A stretch of 64,000 nt of DNA. It comes from Smithella sp. PtaU1.Bin162. GTDB taxonomy: Bacteria; Desulfobacterota; Syntrophia; Syntrophales; Smithellaceae. The position numbers and the translations under genes are program-made. The stretch is from NCBI GenBank assembly GCA_002068015.1, contig MVRV01000184.1, positions 13,877 through 77,876 of the forward strand. The letters are read 5' to 3'. This document shows positions 18,043 through 27,402 of this stretch, in pieces (position 1 is the stretch's first letter; each line of letters begins with the position of its first letter). Below the pieces are notes generated by a model. It worked only from the letters and a program-made list of their open reading frames with translations, had not been told where the DNA came from and ran no database searches.

Positions 18043-19266
18043 ATGGCACTGGTTGTTCAAAAATTCGGTGGAACGTCGGTTGCAGATATTGATAAAATTA
18101 AGAATGTAGCCGCTAAAGTAATTCGTGAAAAAAAAGCAGGTAATGAAGTTGTTGTAGTTTTATCGGCCATGTCAGGCGAAACGGATAAACTGATTGCATT
18201 GGCCCAAAAAGCGGCGGATTCACCCGATGCAAGGGAATATGATGCCTTAATTTCCACAGGTGAGCAGATTACAGTAACTTTACTGGCGATAATATTGAAT
18301 TCAATGGGCTACCGGGCAAAATCATTTCTGGGTTTTCAGGTTAAATTTTGGACCGATACTGCTCATAAGAAAGCAAGAATTCTGGCGGTTGATACCGAAG
18401 TCATTAAAAAAGAATTAAGCATGGGAACGGTTGTCGTAGTTGCCGGGTTTCAGGGTGTAGATAAGGAAAATAATATAACAACTCTCGGTCGTGGAGGATC
18501 GGATACCAGTGCGGTTGCTCTGGCGGCAGTTTTAAATGCCGATCAATGTGATATTTATACGGACGTTGACGGTGTTTACACAACCGATCCCAATATCTGC
18601 TCAAAAGCACGGCGACTGGATAAAATTTCGTACGATGAGATGCTGGAAATGGCTATGACCGGAGCTAAGGTTTTGCAGCCCAGGTCAGTAGAAATGGCCA
18701 AAAAGTATAATGTTCCGGTATATGTAAAATCAACATTTTCCGATGAAGGCGGAACGCTTGTGACTAAGGAGGATATGGATATGGAAAGAGAGATTGTGTC
18801 AGGTATAACTTACGATCGTGATCAGGCTAAAATTACGGTAACTCATGTTCCGGATAAACCGGGTATTGCGGCAATGCTGTTTACGCCCTTGTCTCAACAC
18901 AACATTATTGTCGATATGATTATTCAAAATGCCAGCCTGGAAGGCTTTACCGATGTTACTTTTACGGTTTCGAAGAAAGATTTGAAGGATGCCCAGAAAA
19001 TTATTCAGGAAACAGCAAAAACAATTGATGCCAAAAACGTTGAAGTTGATGATCAGGTTTCCAAGGTATCAATAATCGGCGTCGGAATGGCGAGCCATGC
19101 CGGTGTTGCGGCAAAGATGTTTTCCGCGCTTTCCGCTGAAGGAATAAATATTATGATGATCAGTACATCGGAAATTAAAATATCCTGTGTTATCCAGAGA
19201 AAATATACGGAACTGGCGGTTATGGTTCTCCATGATACATTTGGGTTGGAAAAAAAATCTTCCTGA
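18043..19266 (+). CDS. lysC: aspartate kinase (monofunctional, with ACT domains)
   Basis: VVQKFGGTSV N-terminus and the GRGGSDTSA motif, with two C-terminal ACT-like repeats. An internal in-frame SD plus ATG is present (see findings). Confidence 0.9.
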   Translation: MALVVQKFGGTSVADIDKIKNVAAKVIREKKAGNEVVVVLSAMSGETDKLIALAQKAADSPDAREYDALISTGEQITVTLLAIILNSMGYRAKSFLGFQVKFWTDTAHKKARILAVDTEVIKKELSMGTVVVVAGFQGVDKENNITTLGRGGSDTSAVALAAVLNADQCDIYTDVDGVYTTDPNICSKARRLDKISYDEMLEMAMTGAKVLQPRSVEMAKKYNVPVYVKSTFSDEGGTLVTKEDMDMEREIVSGITYDRDQAKITVTHVPDKPGIAAMLFTPLSQHNIIVDMIIQNASLEGFTDVTFTVSKKDLKDAQKIIQETAKTIDAKNVEVDDQVSKVSIIGVGMASHAGVAAKMFSALSAEGINIMMISTSEIKISCVIQRKYTELAVMVLHDTFGLEKKSS

Positions 19267-19281
19267 TAGCAAATAAAAAAA

Positions 19282-19824
19282 ATGTTTAAAAAACAACTGA
19301 AGGGATTAATCGGGATTTTTTTGATTCTCGCGATTATTCCCTTTTTTGTTTTTTTCTTCAATTACTCTTGTGTTTACAAAATTCCCGACTATGCCAATCA
19401 GTGTAATAATACCCTGGCCGTGGAAATCTCTAATACTGAAGAGACGGGAAGCGGTATATATTTCACCGGGAGCGGAATGAAGGCCGATCAATTATTACAG
19501 TCAACGGGTCTTGATATTAAAATCCTCAACAATTTTGAACTAAAAGACGGAATGAAATTAATACTTGATTCCAACTCGAAGGGAAATATTGCCGTGGGGC
19601 GGATCGATAATCTCAAGAGGATTGCGCTGGGGATGACCATTAATCTTAATATGGCGACGGAAGATGACTTGCTTTTGATACCTGGTATAGGTGAAGTAAC
19701 AGCGGAAAAGATTTTAAAATTAAGACAGAAAAAAGTACGTTTCCGAAATGTCGGGGAACTTATGGAAATTGAAGGAATAAAAGAGAAAAAACTGGCGAAA
19801 TTGAAAAAATATCTATCTTTGTAA
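19282..19824 (+). CDS. ComEA-like helix-hairpin-helix DNA-binding membrane protein
   Basis: N-terminal TM helix and a C-terminal HhH motif, IPGIGEVTAEKILKLR. Confidence 0.65.
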   Translation: MFKKQLKGLIGIFLILAIIPFFVFFFNYSCVYKIPDYANQCNNTLAVEISNTEETGSGIYFTGSGMKADQLLQSTGLDIKILNNFELKDGMKLILDSNSKGNIAVGRIDNLKRIALGMTINLNMATEDDLLLIPGIGEVTAEKILKLRQKKVRFRNVGELMEIEGIKEKKLAKLKKYLSL

Positions 19825-20439
19825 GGACCGGTAAAAGCTCATAACTCTTTTAACATAATTTTCTGTCTCTCGATATGGTGGGATCTGATTGCCGTATTTG
19901 GCAACTGCTTTTTCGCCGGCATTATAAGCGGCAAGAGCAAGTGTCAGGTCACCCCGGTAAAGATTGATCAGATACCGGAGATAGCGGACACCGCCTTCAA
20001 TATTTTTTTCCGGATGAAAAGCATTTTCTACCTGTAATTGAGACGCTGTGGCAGGCATCAACTGCATCAATCCCTGGGCTCCAACCGGAGAAACAGCTTG
20101 ATGATTAAAGTTGGATTCAGCTTTAATAACGGCTTTAATCAGGGCATAATCAACTTTATATTTATTTGCCGTCTTGATGATAATTTGATCAAATTTATTT
20201 ACGTCAATACCGGAACGGAAGAGAATCCTCTTTTCTTTGAGAACAAGAATGTATTTGACATTGGGAGAGGAGGGAACATTTGTTAAATGCAATACTCCTT
20301 CTTCATCAACGTACTTAAAAATATCGGCATACGTAAATGAAGCTGCAAAAACGAAAAAACAAATAACAAATACCGGGAAAAGCGCCTGTAGTATGATATT
20401 TTTATTTGTTCTTAGTGATTTCATACGATAACTATTCAT
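19813..20439 (-). CDS. lytic transglycosylase (SLT domain)
   Basis: Contains AESNFNHQAVSPVGAQGLMQLMP and AYNAG, with an N-terminal signal/TM segment. It overlaps the convergent comEA-like 3' end by 12 nt. Confidence 0.8.
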   Translation of the reverse strand: MNSYRMKSLRTNKNIILQALFPVFVICFFVFAASFTYADIFKYVDEEGVLHLTNVPSSPNVKYILVLKEKRILFRSGIDVNKFDQIIIKTANKYKVDYALIKAVIKAESNFNHQAVSPVGAQGLMQLMPATASQLQVENAFHPEKNIEGGVRYLRYLINLYRGDLTLALAAYNAGEKAVAKYGNQIPPYRETENYVKRVMSFYRSLQR

Positions 20440-20626
20440 TGTTAAGTATCTTACTTTATTGCTCTTATTAGTTCAAGATTTATTTTATGGATTTTTGACT
20501 GTCCATTCTTATAAAGCAAATCCGCGACGTGTATTTTTCCCCACCTGAAGAGGCAACATGCGGTATTTGTTTGTTCTTGACATGGTACTCCTATGATGGT
20601 AATGACCTCAACACTTCAAGATAAGT

Positions 20627-20703
20627 CGGGGCGTGGCGCAGTCTGGTAGCGTATCTGAATGGGGTTCAGAGGGCCGGTGGTTCAAATCCACTCGCCCCGA
20701 CCA
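20627..20703 (+). tRNA. tRNA-Pro (anticodon GGG)
   Basis: Cloverleaf read by eye: acceptor CGGGGCG/CGCCCCG, anticodon stem TCTGA/TCAGA, loop A-T-GGG-G-T, T-arm GGTGG-TTCAAAT-CCACT, encoded CCA. Confidence 0.9.
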
Positions 20704-20715
20704 GTAAAAATACGG

Positions 20716-20748
20716 GAGTTAACCAAAACAATGGTTAACTCTTTTTTT
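20716..20748 (+). terminator. rho-independent terminator after tRNA-Pro
   Basis: GAGTTAACC-8 nt-GGTTAACTC followed by TTTTTTT. Confidence 0.8.
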
Positions 20749-20846
20749 ATTCTTATCTTAAATACGTTTGTTTTACATTCCCCGTTCTTTTGCAAAAAAA
20801 ACACAATGAAAGACATTTATTAATAAATTCCCTTATATAATCCACG

Positions 20847-20875
20847 TTGACTTTTGCCGGGGCAGTGACTATATA
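20847..20875 (+). promoter_or_regulatory. sigma70-like promoter upstream of trkA
   Basis: TTGACT, 17 nt (tttgccggggcagtgac), TATATA. Confidence 0.45.
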
Positions 20876-20993
20876 GTTTCGAAATTTCAAGGGACTCAAT
20901 GCTGTGACACCTTTGAATACTTTTTAATTGCAGGTTATAGGTCATAAATAAATTTCTTACACCGGAGTTAAAAGATAATTCGGGAGACGACGA

Positions 20994-22352
20994 ATGCGCA
21001 TTATTATAGTAGGTGCCGGAGAAGTTGGTTATCATATTGCCAAGACGCTCTCGGAAGAGAAACATGATGTTGTTTTAATTGATAATGATCCGAAAAAAAT
21101 CCGCAGAATAAGTGAAAATCTGGATGTCCAGACGCTATGGGGTTCCGGAACAAGTCCGCAAATGCTTAAAGATGCAGGAATTGAAGAAGCGGAGATGCTC
21201 GTGGCGGCCACAAACAGCGATGAGGTAAACCTGATTTCCTGCATGCTGGTCAGGAATCTCAACCAGCATACCATCAAAATTGCCCGGGTAAAAAACAGGG
21301 AATATCTGGCATTAAAGGATCTTTTTAATAAAGAGCATTTAGGAATAGACTTGATCATCAATACCCGGGCAATGATGGTTGATACCGTTCTTAGTCTGAT
21401 CAACGTTCCGGGTGCCTCGGAGGTAATCGATTTTGTTGGAGGCAAGGTTAAATTAATAAGTTTTCTCATTAATCGTGATTCACCATTTGCGGAAAAACGG
21501 TTAAGCTCTCTTAGTGGATTGGGAAACGACATTCTGATAGGTGCTATCGTACGGGGCCAGAAAATTCTAATTCCCAGCGGTAAGGATATTATTCATCCGC
21601 ACGATTTGGTCTATTTCGTTGTCCGGGGGTCAGATGTCAGTCGTACACTGGAGCATCTCAATATACCGAACAAGCCCATTACAAATATTGTCATCGTGGG
21701 AGCAGGCGAGACCGGCGCTGCTCTGGCTTCTGCATTGGATGAAAAACGATTAAGAGTAAAATTGATCGATGACGATTCCGAGCGATGCAAGCAGATGGCA
21801 AATATGCTTAATCATGTTATAATCATCAAAGGCGATGGTGCGGACAGGGATTTGCTGAGAGAAGAAAACGTCGGCTGTGCGGATCTTCTTATTGCCCTGA
21901 CCGGAGACGAGGAAAGCAATATTCTTATTTCTTTACTTGCCAAGGGTATGGGAATTCAAAAAACTATTACCCGTGTCAGTAAACTTAGTTATATTCCCGT
22001 TGTGTCGGATATCGGCCTTGATACCGTAATTAATCCCCGAATGGCAGCGGTACGGGCTATTCTACATCATATTCGTCACGGTAAAATCATCTCCGTGGCA
22101 CCTCTCCGGGAAGAACACGCTGAAGCCATTGAAGTGGAAGCTCTGGAAACATCAGATATCGTTAATACCCCGCTCAAGAAGTTGAATTTTCCGGAAGGAG
22201 CAATTCTGGGAGCAATTGTCCGGGGAGAAGATATTATCATACCTCAGGGAGATACGGTGATACTTCCCCATGACCGGTTGATAATTTTTGCCCTCCAGCA
22301 GGTAATTTCCGATCTGGAAAAACTGTTCATGGTAAAAATGGAGTATTTTTAA
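20994..22352 (+). CDS. trkA: Trk potassium uptake system NAD-binding protein
   Basis: Two RCK/KTN repeats (IIIVGAGEVG and IVIVGAGETG), 452 aa. Confidence 0.9.
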   Translation: MRIIIVGAGEVGYHIAKTLSEEKHDVVLIDNDPKKIRRISENLDVQTLWGSGTSPQMLKDAGIEEAEMLVAATNSDEVNLISCMLVRNLNQHTIKIARVKNREYLALKDLFNKEHLGIDLIINTRAMMVDTVLSLINVPGASEVIDFVGGKVKLISFLINRDSPFAEKRLSSLSGLGNDILIGAIVRGQKILIPSGKDIIHPHDLVYFVVRGSDVSRTLEHLNIPNKPITNIVIVGAGETGAALASALDEKRLRVKLIDDDSERCKQMANMLNHVIIIKGDGADRDLLREENVGCADLLIALTGDEESNILISLLAKGMGIQKTITRVSKLSYIPVVSDIGLDTVINPRMAAVRAILHHIRHGKIISVAPLREEHAEAIEVEALETSDIVNTPLKKLNFPEGAILGAIVRGEDIIIPQGDTVILPHDRLIIFALQQVISDLEKLFMVKMEYF

Positions 22353-23803
22353 TGAATTATCGCCTTGTAATTCACATGGTAGCGGCTCTTGTTTTTTTCC
22401 TCGGTGTCTCCATGCTGTCTCCTTTAGGAATTTCTCTCTACGACGGAGACGGCAGCGCATATCCTATTTTGTATTCAATGGTGATAACGTGTGCTCTGGG
22501 CGGAATTGGCTATCTATGTACCAGAGGCATGAGTCACGACATACATTTGAGTCATAAAGACGGGATGATAATTGTTACATTAGGCTGGGTCATGGCGAGC
22601 ATGGTAGCAACCCTGCCTTATCTTTTATCAGGGACCATTTCCAATTTTACAGAAGCATACTTCGAATGTATTTCAGGATTTACAACTACCGGCGCCACAA
22701 TTATTACGGATATTGAATTGCTGCCTCGCAGTATTATGCTTTGGCGAAGTCAAACGCAATGGCTGGGAGGTATGGGGATCATCGTGCTATCTATCGCTAT
22801 CCTTCCATTCCTTGGTGTGGGGGGAATGCAGCTCTATAAAGCGGAAACACCCAGCCCTGTTGTGGATAAGCTGACACCAAGAATTTCTGATACGGCAAAG
22901 GTATTATGGAAAATATATATTTTCCTTACAATGCTACAGGTTATTCTTCTGCTCTTTGGTGGAATGTCATTGTTTGATTCCGTCAATCATGCTTTTGCCA
23001 CAATGCCGACCGGTGGCTTTTCCACAAAAAATGCCAGTATTGCCCATTATAAAAGCGCTTATGTGGATTATATAGTTCTACTGTTCATGTTGATAGCCGG
23101 TATAAATTTTTCTCTCCATTACAAGCTCATGAAGGGACATTACAGAGATTTTTTCTTTAATTCGGAACTGCGGGCATACATATTAATTGTTGCCGTTTTC
23201 ACACTGTTGGTAGCGGGAGATATCTATGGAACACTTTACAACAATTTCCTTGATGCCTTCCGTTATGCTTCTTTTCAGGTTGTATCAATCTTAACCACTA
23301 CGGGGTTTGTGACTGCCGATTATGAAAAATGGCCTGCTTTTTCTCAGCTGATTCTGTTTATATGCATGTTTTTCGGTTCTATGGCCGGATCTACAGGTGG
23401 TGCCATAAAAATTGTACGTATTGTTTTGATTTTAAAACATAGTTATCTTGAGCTTATGCGGATTATCCACCCCCATACCATTACCGTCGTAAAATTGGGA
23501 AATATTCCCATACCTCAAACAATTATGCGGAGCATCTGGGGTTTTTTTTTCCTTTATCTGGGGATTTATATAATAGCTGTTCTGCTTATGTCTTTCACCG
23601 GCCTTGATCTTATTTCTTCAATATCATCTGTGGCAAGTTGCCTTGGTAACGTTGGTCCCGGACTAGGAACAGTGGGACCGATGGATAACTTTTCCGGAAT
23701 ATCAATATACGGTAAATGGATATTGATTATCTGTATGCTTCTGGGCAGACTGGAAATTTACACCATTATTGTACTTCTGGTACCGGAGTTTTGGAGAAGA
23801 TAA
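22352..23803 (+). CDS. trkH: Trk potassium uptake system membrane protein
   Basis: Polytopic 483-aa protein with TrkH-type repeated pore motifs (GFTTTGAT, TGGFST, LTTTGF). There is a TAATG junction with trkA. Confidence 0.9.
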   Translation: MNYRLVIHMVAALVFFLGVSMLSPLGISLYDGDGSAYPILYSMVITCALGGIGYLCTRGMSHDIHLSHKDGMIIVTLGWVMASMVATLPYLLSGTISNFTEAYFECISGFTTTGATIITDIELLPRSIMLWRSQTQWLGGMGIIVLSIAILPFLGVGGMQLYKAETPSPVVDKLTPRISDTAKVLWKIYIFLTMLQVILLLFGGMSLFDSVNHAFATMPTGGFSTKNASIAHYKSAYVDYIVLLFMLIAGINFSLHYKLMKGHYRDFFFNSELRAYILIVAVFTLLVAGDIYGTLYNNFLDAFRYASFQVVSILTTTGFVTADYEKWPAFSQLILFICMFFGSMAGSTGGAIKIVRIVLILKHSYLELMRIIHPHTITVVKLGNIPIPQTIMRSIWGFFFLYLGIYIIAVLLMSFTGLDLISSISSVASCLGNVGPGLGTVGPMDNFSGISIYGKWILIICMLLGRLEIYTIIVLLVPEFWRR

Positions 23804-23997
23804 TATATCTGTTTTCCGCAAAGATAAAATAAAGCAAATAAAATAAGCCTATTAGGACTACGGTGGAATTATCGGCGGTATTGTGTTATTTCTCCATACA
23901 TTTCTCTTGCATTAAAACGGATAATCAATTACATGAGCGCCTGTCAATAGCGCAATTTAACTCATATTGTTTAATCAAAAGCAGGGGAGAATCTGCG

Positions 23998-24028
23998 TTG
24001 ACTTTTGTGCGGGTAGGAACTATATAAT
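23998..24028 (+). promoter_or_regulatory. sigma70-like promoter upstream of tRNA-Leu and tig
   Basis: TTGACT, 17-19 nt, TATATAAT, ending about 18 nt before the mature tRNA 5' end. Confidence 0.5.
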
Positions 24029-24045
24029 TCACAAAAATCCCAAAG

Positions 24046-24131
24046 GCGAGAGTGGCGGAATTGGCAGACGCACTGGACTTAGGATCCAGCCCGCCTGGCG
24101 GATAGGGGTTCAAATCCCCTCTCTCGCACCA
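24046..24131 (+). tRNA. tRNA-Leu (anticodon TAG), class II with a long variable arm
   Basis: Acceptor GCGAGAG/CTCTCGC, anticodon stem CTGGA/TCCAG, loop C-T-TAG-G-A, T-arm GGGG-TTCAAAT-CCCC, encoded CCA. Length is 86 nt. Confidence 0.9.
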
Positions 24132-24182
24132 TTACTTGTAAAAATTGCCAAATATTTCATATGAAAAAAAGGAGATAAAGTT

Positions 24183-25508
24183 GTGAGTCCAGCTGCAATT
24201 AAAATAGAAGAATTGAGTACCATCAAGAAGAAACTGTCGTTTGAAATACCTTGGAATGAAGTTAAAGAAGAGCTTGATTCCGTGTATCGGGATGTCGGGA
24301 AAAAAGCTAAATTAAGAGGGTTCCGTCCCGGTAAAGTACCGCGTAAAGTACTCGAAACTTATTTTAAAGAACAGGTCGAAGGCGATACTATTACCAACAT
24401 CATCAATAAGTATTACTGGCAGACCCTCGAAGATAAAGGGATCGCGTCAGTTTCCAAACCCGAGATCACCCAAGAAGGATTGAAGGAGAATACGGATTTT
24501 TCTTTTACAGCGTCCTTTGAAACAGAGCCGAAATTTGAACCGCAAGGTTATAAAGGCCTGGCAGTAGAAAAAGAAAATATTGTGGTCACTGATAATGATC
24601 TGGAAAACAGATTTACGCAAATCCGGCAGATGTTTGCCACAATGGAAGAGGTTAAAGAAGAACGTCCTGTTCGGCAAGGTGATTTTGTAACGATTGATTT
24701 TGCAGGAACGTTAAACGGTGAATCACTCAAAGAATTGAAAGCCGAAAATTATTTTCTGGAAGTCGGATCCAAGAGATTTATTCCCGGATTTGAGGAACAA
24801 TTAGAGGGAATGAACAATAACGAAACAAAAACTTTAAATGTAACTTTCCCGGAAGATTATCAGGAAAAGAAGTTCGCCGGCAAAGAAGTAGACTTTTCCG
24901 TAACGATAAAGAACATCAAAGAAAAGAAATTACCTGAACTGGATGAAGCTTTTATTAAAAACTTTGAAAAATACAATTCCCTGGATGATTTAAAAAAAGA
25001 AATTCTTAAAACACTGGGTGAAGAAAGTAAAAAGATGTCCGAAACCAATCTGCAAAACAGTATCATGGATATTTTATTAAAAGAAAATGAATTTGAGGTT
25101 CCACCTTCACTTGTAGAAAAGCAGATTTATTATATGATGGCCGATGCCCACAAAAGAATGACTTCCGCCGGTATGGATGAAAAAAATGCCATGGAACTCA
25201 GTTTTAAAATGCATGACAAGTTTAAAGATGAAGCCGTGAAAATTGTTAAATCTTTCCTTATTTTAAAGGCGATTGCGGAAAAAGAATCCCTGAATGTTGA
25301 AGAATCGGAAATAGATAAGCATATCGAAACACTGGCTGTAAAACACGGCAGAGATTATCAATTACTAAAGACTGCTTATGAAAAAGATGAAAGAAGAGAT
25401 AGCCTTAAATCGGAGTTAATTCAAAAAAAGGTATTTGACTTTATTGAGCAACATGCCAATATTAAGGCAGTTGAAAAAATCGGCATGATTCCGGAGGATG
25501 GAAAGTGA
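24183..25508 (+). CDS. tig: trigger factor
   Basis: Ribosome-binding motif [11 protein letters not shown] near the N-terminus, an FKBP-like middle domain, and position upstream of clpP-clpX. Confidence 0.9.
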   Translation: MSPAAIKIEELSTIKKKLSFEIPWNEVKEELDSVYRDVGKKAKLRGFRPGKVPRKVLETYFKEQVEGDTITNIINKYYWQTLEDKGIASVSKPEITQEGLKENTDFSFTASFETEPKFEPQGYKGLAVEKENIVVTDNDLENRFTQIRQMFATMEEVKEERPVRQGDFVTIDFAGTLNGESLKELKAENYFLEVGSKRFIPGFEEQLEGMNNNETKTLNVTFPEDYQEKKFAGKEVDFSVTIKNIKEKKLPELDEAFIKNFEKYNSLDDLKKEILKTLGEESKKMSETNLQNSIMDILLKENEFEVPPSLVEKQIYYMMADAHKRMTSAGMDEKNAMELSFKMHDKFKDEAVKIVKSFLILKAIAEKESLNVEESEIDKHIETLAVKHGRDYQLLKTAYEKDERRDSLKSELIQKKVFDFIEQHANIKAVEKIGMIPEDGK

Positions 25509-26107
25509 CTTTAATTCCCATGGTAGTTGAACAGGATGGTCGCGGAGAAAGAGCTTTTGATATTTATTCGCGCCTCTTGAAAGATCGTATTATCTTTTTA
25601 GGTACAGCCATTGATGATAATGTTGCCAATCTTATTGTGGCTCAAATGCTTTATTTGGAAGCGGAAGATCCGGATAAGGAGATATTTTTCTATTTGAATT
25701 CACCCGGTGGGCACGTAAGTTCAGGAATGGCTATTTATGATACGATGCAATACATCAAGCCGCCGATATCGACTTTTTGTATGGGACAGGCTGCGAGTAT
25801 GGCCGCCGTGCTTCTGGCTGCCGGAGAAAAGGGTAAGCGGTTTGCCTTGCCGCACTCCCGTATATTGATTCACCAGCCGCTGGGTGGTTTTCAGGGCCAG
25901 GCAACGGATATAGATATCCAAGCCAGAGAAATATTAAGATTAAAGGATGAGTTAAACAACATTATGTCTGAATTAACCGGTAAACCTCTTGCTAAAATCG
26001 TCAACGATACCGAACGGGATTATTATATGACGGGTATTCAAGCTAAGGAATACGGGATAATTGACGATATAATAATAAAAAAGACGACTATTTCCGCCAA
26101 TCAATAA
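25505..26107 (+). CDS. clpP: ATP-dependent Clp protease proteolytic subunit
   Basis: Contains GQAASMAA (Ser nucleophile), IHQPLGG (His) and RDYYMT. Confidence 0.95.
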   Translation: MTLIPMVVEQDGRGERAFDIYSRLLKDRIIFLGTAIDDNVANLIVAQMLYLEAEDPDKEIFFYLNSPGGHVSSGMAIYDTMQYIKPPISTFCMGQAASMAAVLLAAGEKGKRFALPHSRILIHQPLGGFQGQATDIDIQAREILRLKDELNNIMSELTGKPLAKIVNDTERDYYMTGIQAKEYGIIDDIIIKKTTISANQ

Positions 26108-26118
26108 GGAGACACCTC

Positions 26119-27381
26119 GTGATAAAAAGAAGTAAAGACAACCGGATGGGGCAAGGTATGCTTTTTTGTTCATTTTGCGGAAAAATGCAAAGTGAGGTAA
26201 GAAAGCTGGTTGCCGGTCCGACGGCGTATATATGTGATGAGTGCATCGAGCTTTGCCGTTCTATTGTTGAAGAAGACGAAGGAAAATCGTTAGATAAAGA
26301 GAAAAAAAATGTTTTACCGGAACCGAAAGAGCTTAAAAAATTTTTGGATCAATATGTAATTGGTCAAGAAAAGACAAAAAAGATTCTGTCAGTTGCGGTT
26401 TATAACCATTACAAAAGATTATTTTCTCATGTAGAATCTGATGATGTTGAAATTCAAAAAAGCAATGTGCTCCTAGTGGGACCAACGGGATCGGGCAAAA
26501 CACTGCTTGCCAAAACTCTGGCTAAAATTCTTAATGTTCCATTTACAATTGCCGACGCCACAACCTTGACCGAAGCGGGCTATGTAGGTGAAGATGTGGA
26601 AAATATAATTTTAAGTCTGCTGCAGAACGCCGATTACGATGTTACCCGTGCATCGAAAGGAATTGTTTATATTGATGAAATTGATAAGATTGCAAAAAAA
26701 TCAGGCAATCCTTCCATAACTCGGGACGTTTCCGGTGAAGGAGTTCAACAGGCCCTGTTAAAGATTATGGAAGGAACAATGGCCAATATCCCTCCTAAAG
26801 GAGGTCGTAAACATCCGCAACAGGAATTCATCCAGGTCGACACCACAAACATTTTGTTTATTTGCGGTGGTGCCTTTAATGATCTGGAAAACATAATTTC
26901 CAAAAGATTAGGTGCCAATGCCATGGGTTTTGGTGCTAAAATAAAAAGCAAAAAAGAAAGACGAATAGGAGAGATTCTTTCAGAAATTCGTCCGGAAGAT
27001 TTGCTGAAATTCGGCTTGATTCCGGAATTTATCGGCCGGCTTCCTGTTATTGCAACGCTCGATGATCTGGATGAATCGACTTTAATTCGTATCCTGATGG
27101 AACCAAAGGACTCCATCATCAAGCAATACAAAAAATTGTTTAAGCTGGAGAATGTAACATTGAAATTTACCGAAGGTGCACTGCGAGCCGTGGCGAAACT
27201 CTCCATGGAAAGGAAATCAGGTGCGCGCGGTTTACGATCGATTCTGGAAAATACAATGCTGGAAGTTATGTATGAAATTCCTTCACAACGTGACATTAAA
27301 GAATGTGTTATTAATGAAGATGTCGTCACCAACAATGAAAAGCCCATTTTGATTTACGAAACAAAATCCGAATCAGCTTGA
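26119..27381 (+). CDS. clpX: ATP-dependent Clp protease ATP-binding subunit ClpX
   Basis: Zinc-binding CSFCGK...CDEC, Walker A GPTGSGKT and IVYIDEIDK. The GTG start lies 8 nt after AAGGAG. Confidence 0.95.
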   Translation: MIKRSKDNRMGQGMLFCSFCGKMQSEVRKLVAGPTAYICDECIELCRSIVEEDEGKSLDKEKKNVLPEPKELKKFLDQYVIGQEKTKKILSVAVYNHYKRLFSHVESDDVEIQKSNVLLVGPTGSGKTLLAKTLAKILNVPFTIADATTLTEAGYVGEDVENIILSLLQNADYDVTRASKGIVYIDEIDKIAKKSGNPSITRDVSGEGVQQALLKIMEGTMANIPPKGGRKHPQQEFIQVDTTNILFICGGAFNDLENIISKRLGANAMGFGAKIKSKKERRIGEILSEIRPEDLLKFGLIPEFIGRLPVIATLDDLDESTLIRILMEPKDSIIKQYKKLFKLENVTLKFTEGALRAVAKLSMERKSGARGLRSILENTMLEVMYEIPSQRDIKECVINEDVVTNNEKPILIYETKSESA

Positions 27382-27402
27382 AAAAATAGTATGGAATAAA
27401 TT

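Noticed and set aside
19813-19824. A 12-nt overlap between the 3' ends of the convergent comEA-like and SLT genes.
   Set aside because: This is a common consequence of compact genomes. No additional structure or signal was seen.
20876-20993. The trkA leader as a possible c-di-AMP (ydaO-type) riboswitch.
   Set aside because: The leader is only about 115 nt. I could not find the pseudo-symmetric conserved G-rich/ACCC-type elements expected for that class, and no terminator or SD-sequestering helix stood out.
20627-20993. The tRNA-Pro 3' flank as an integration site for a genomic island. I considered the same for the tRNA-Val/Asp flank at 30065..30229.
   Set aside because: There is no integrase, no direct repeat of the tRNA 3' end and no accessory genes. 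The downstream genes (trkAH, radical SAM-corC-lnt) look like core genes.
23925-24164. Two small ORFs, 62 aa on the minus strand and 65 aa on the plus strand.
   Set aside because: They overlap the tRNA-Leu gene and its promoter. They are artefacts of the tRNA sequence.
26745-27347. A 200-aa minus-strand ORF.
   Set aside because: It is antisense to clpX and has a Ser/Arg/Ile-rich shadow composition. clpX is unambiguous.
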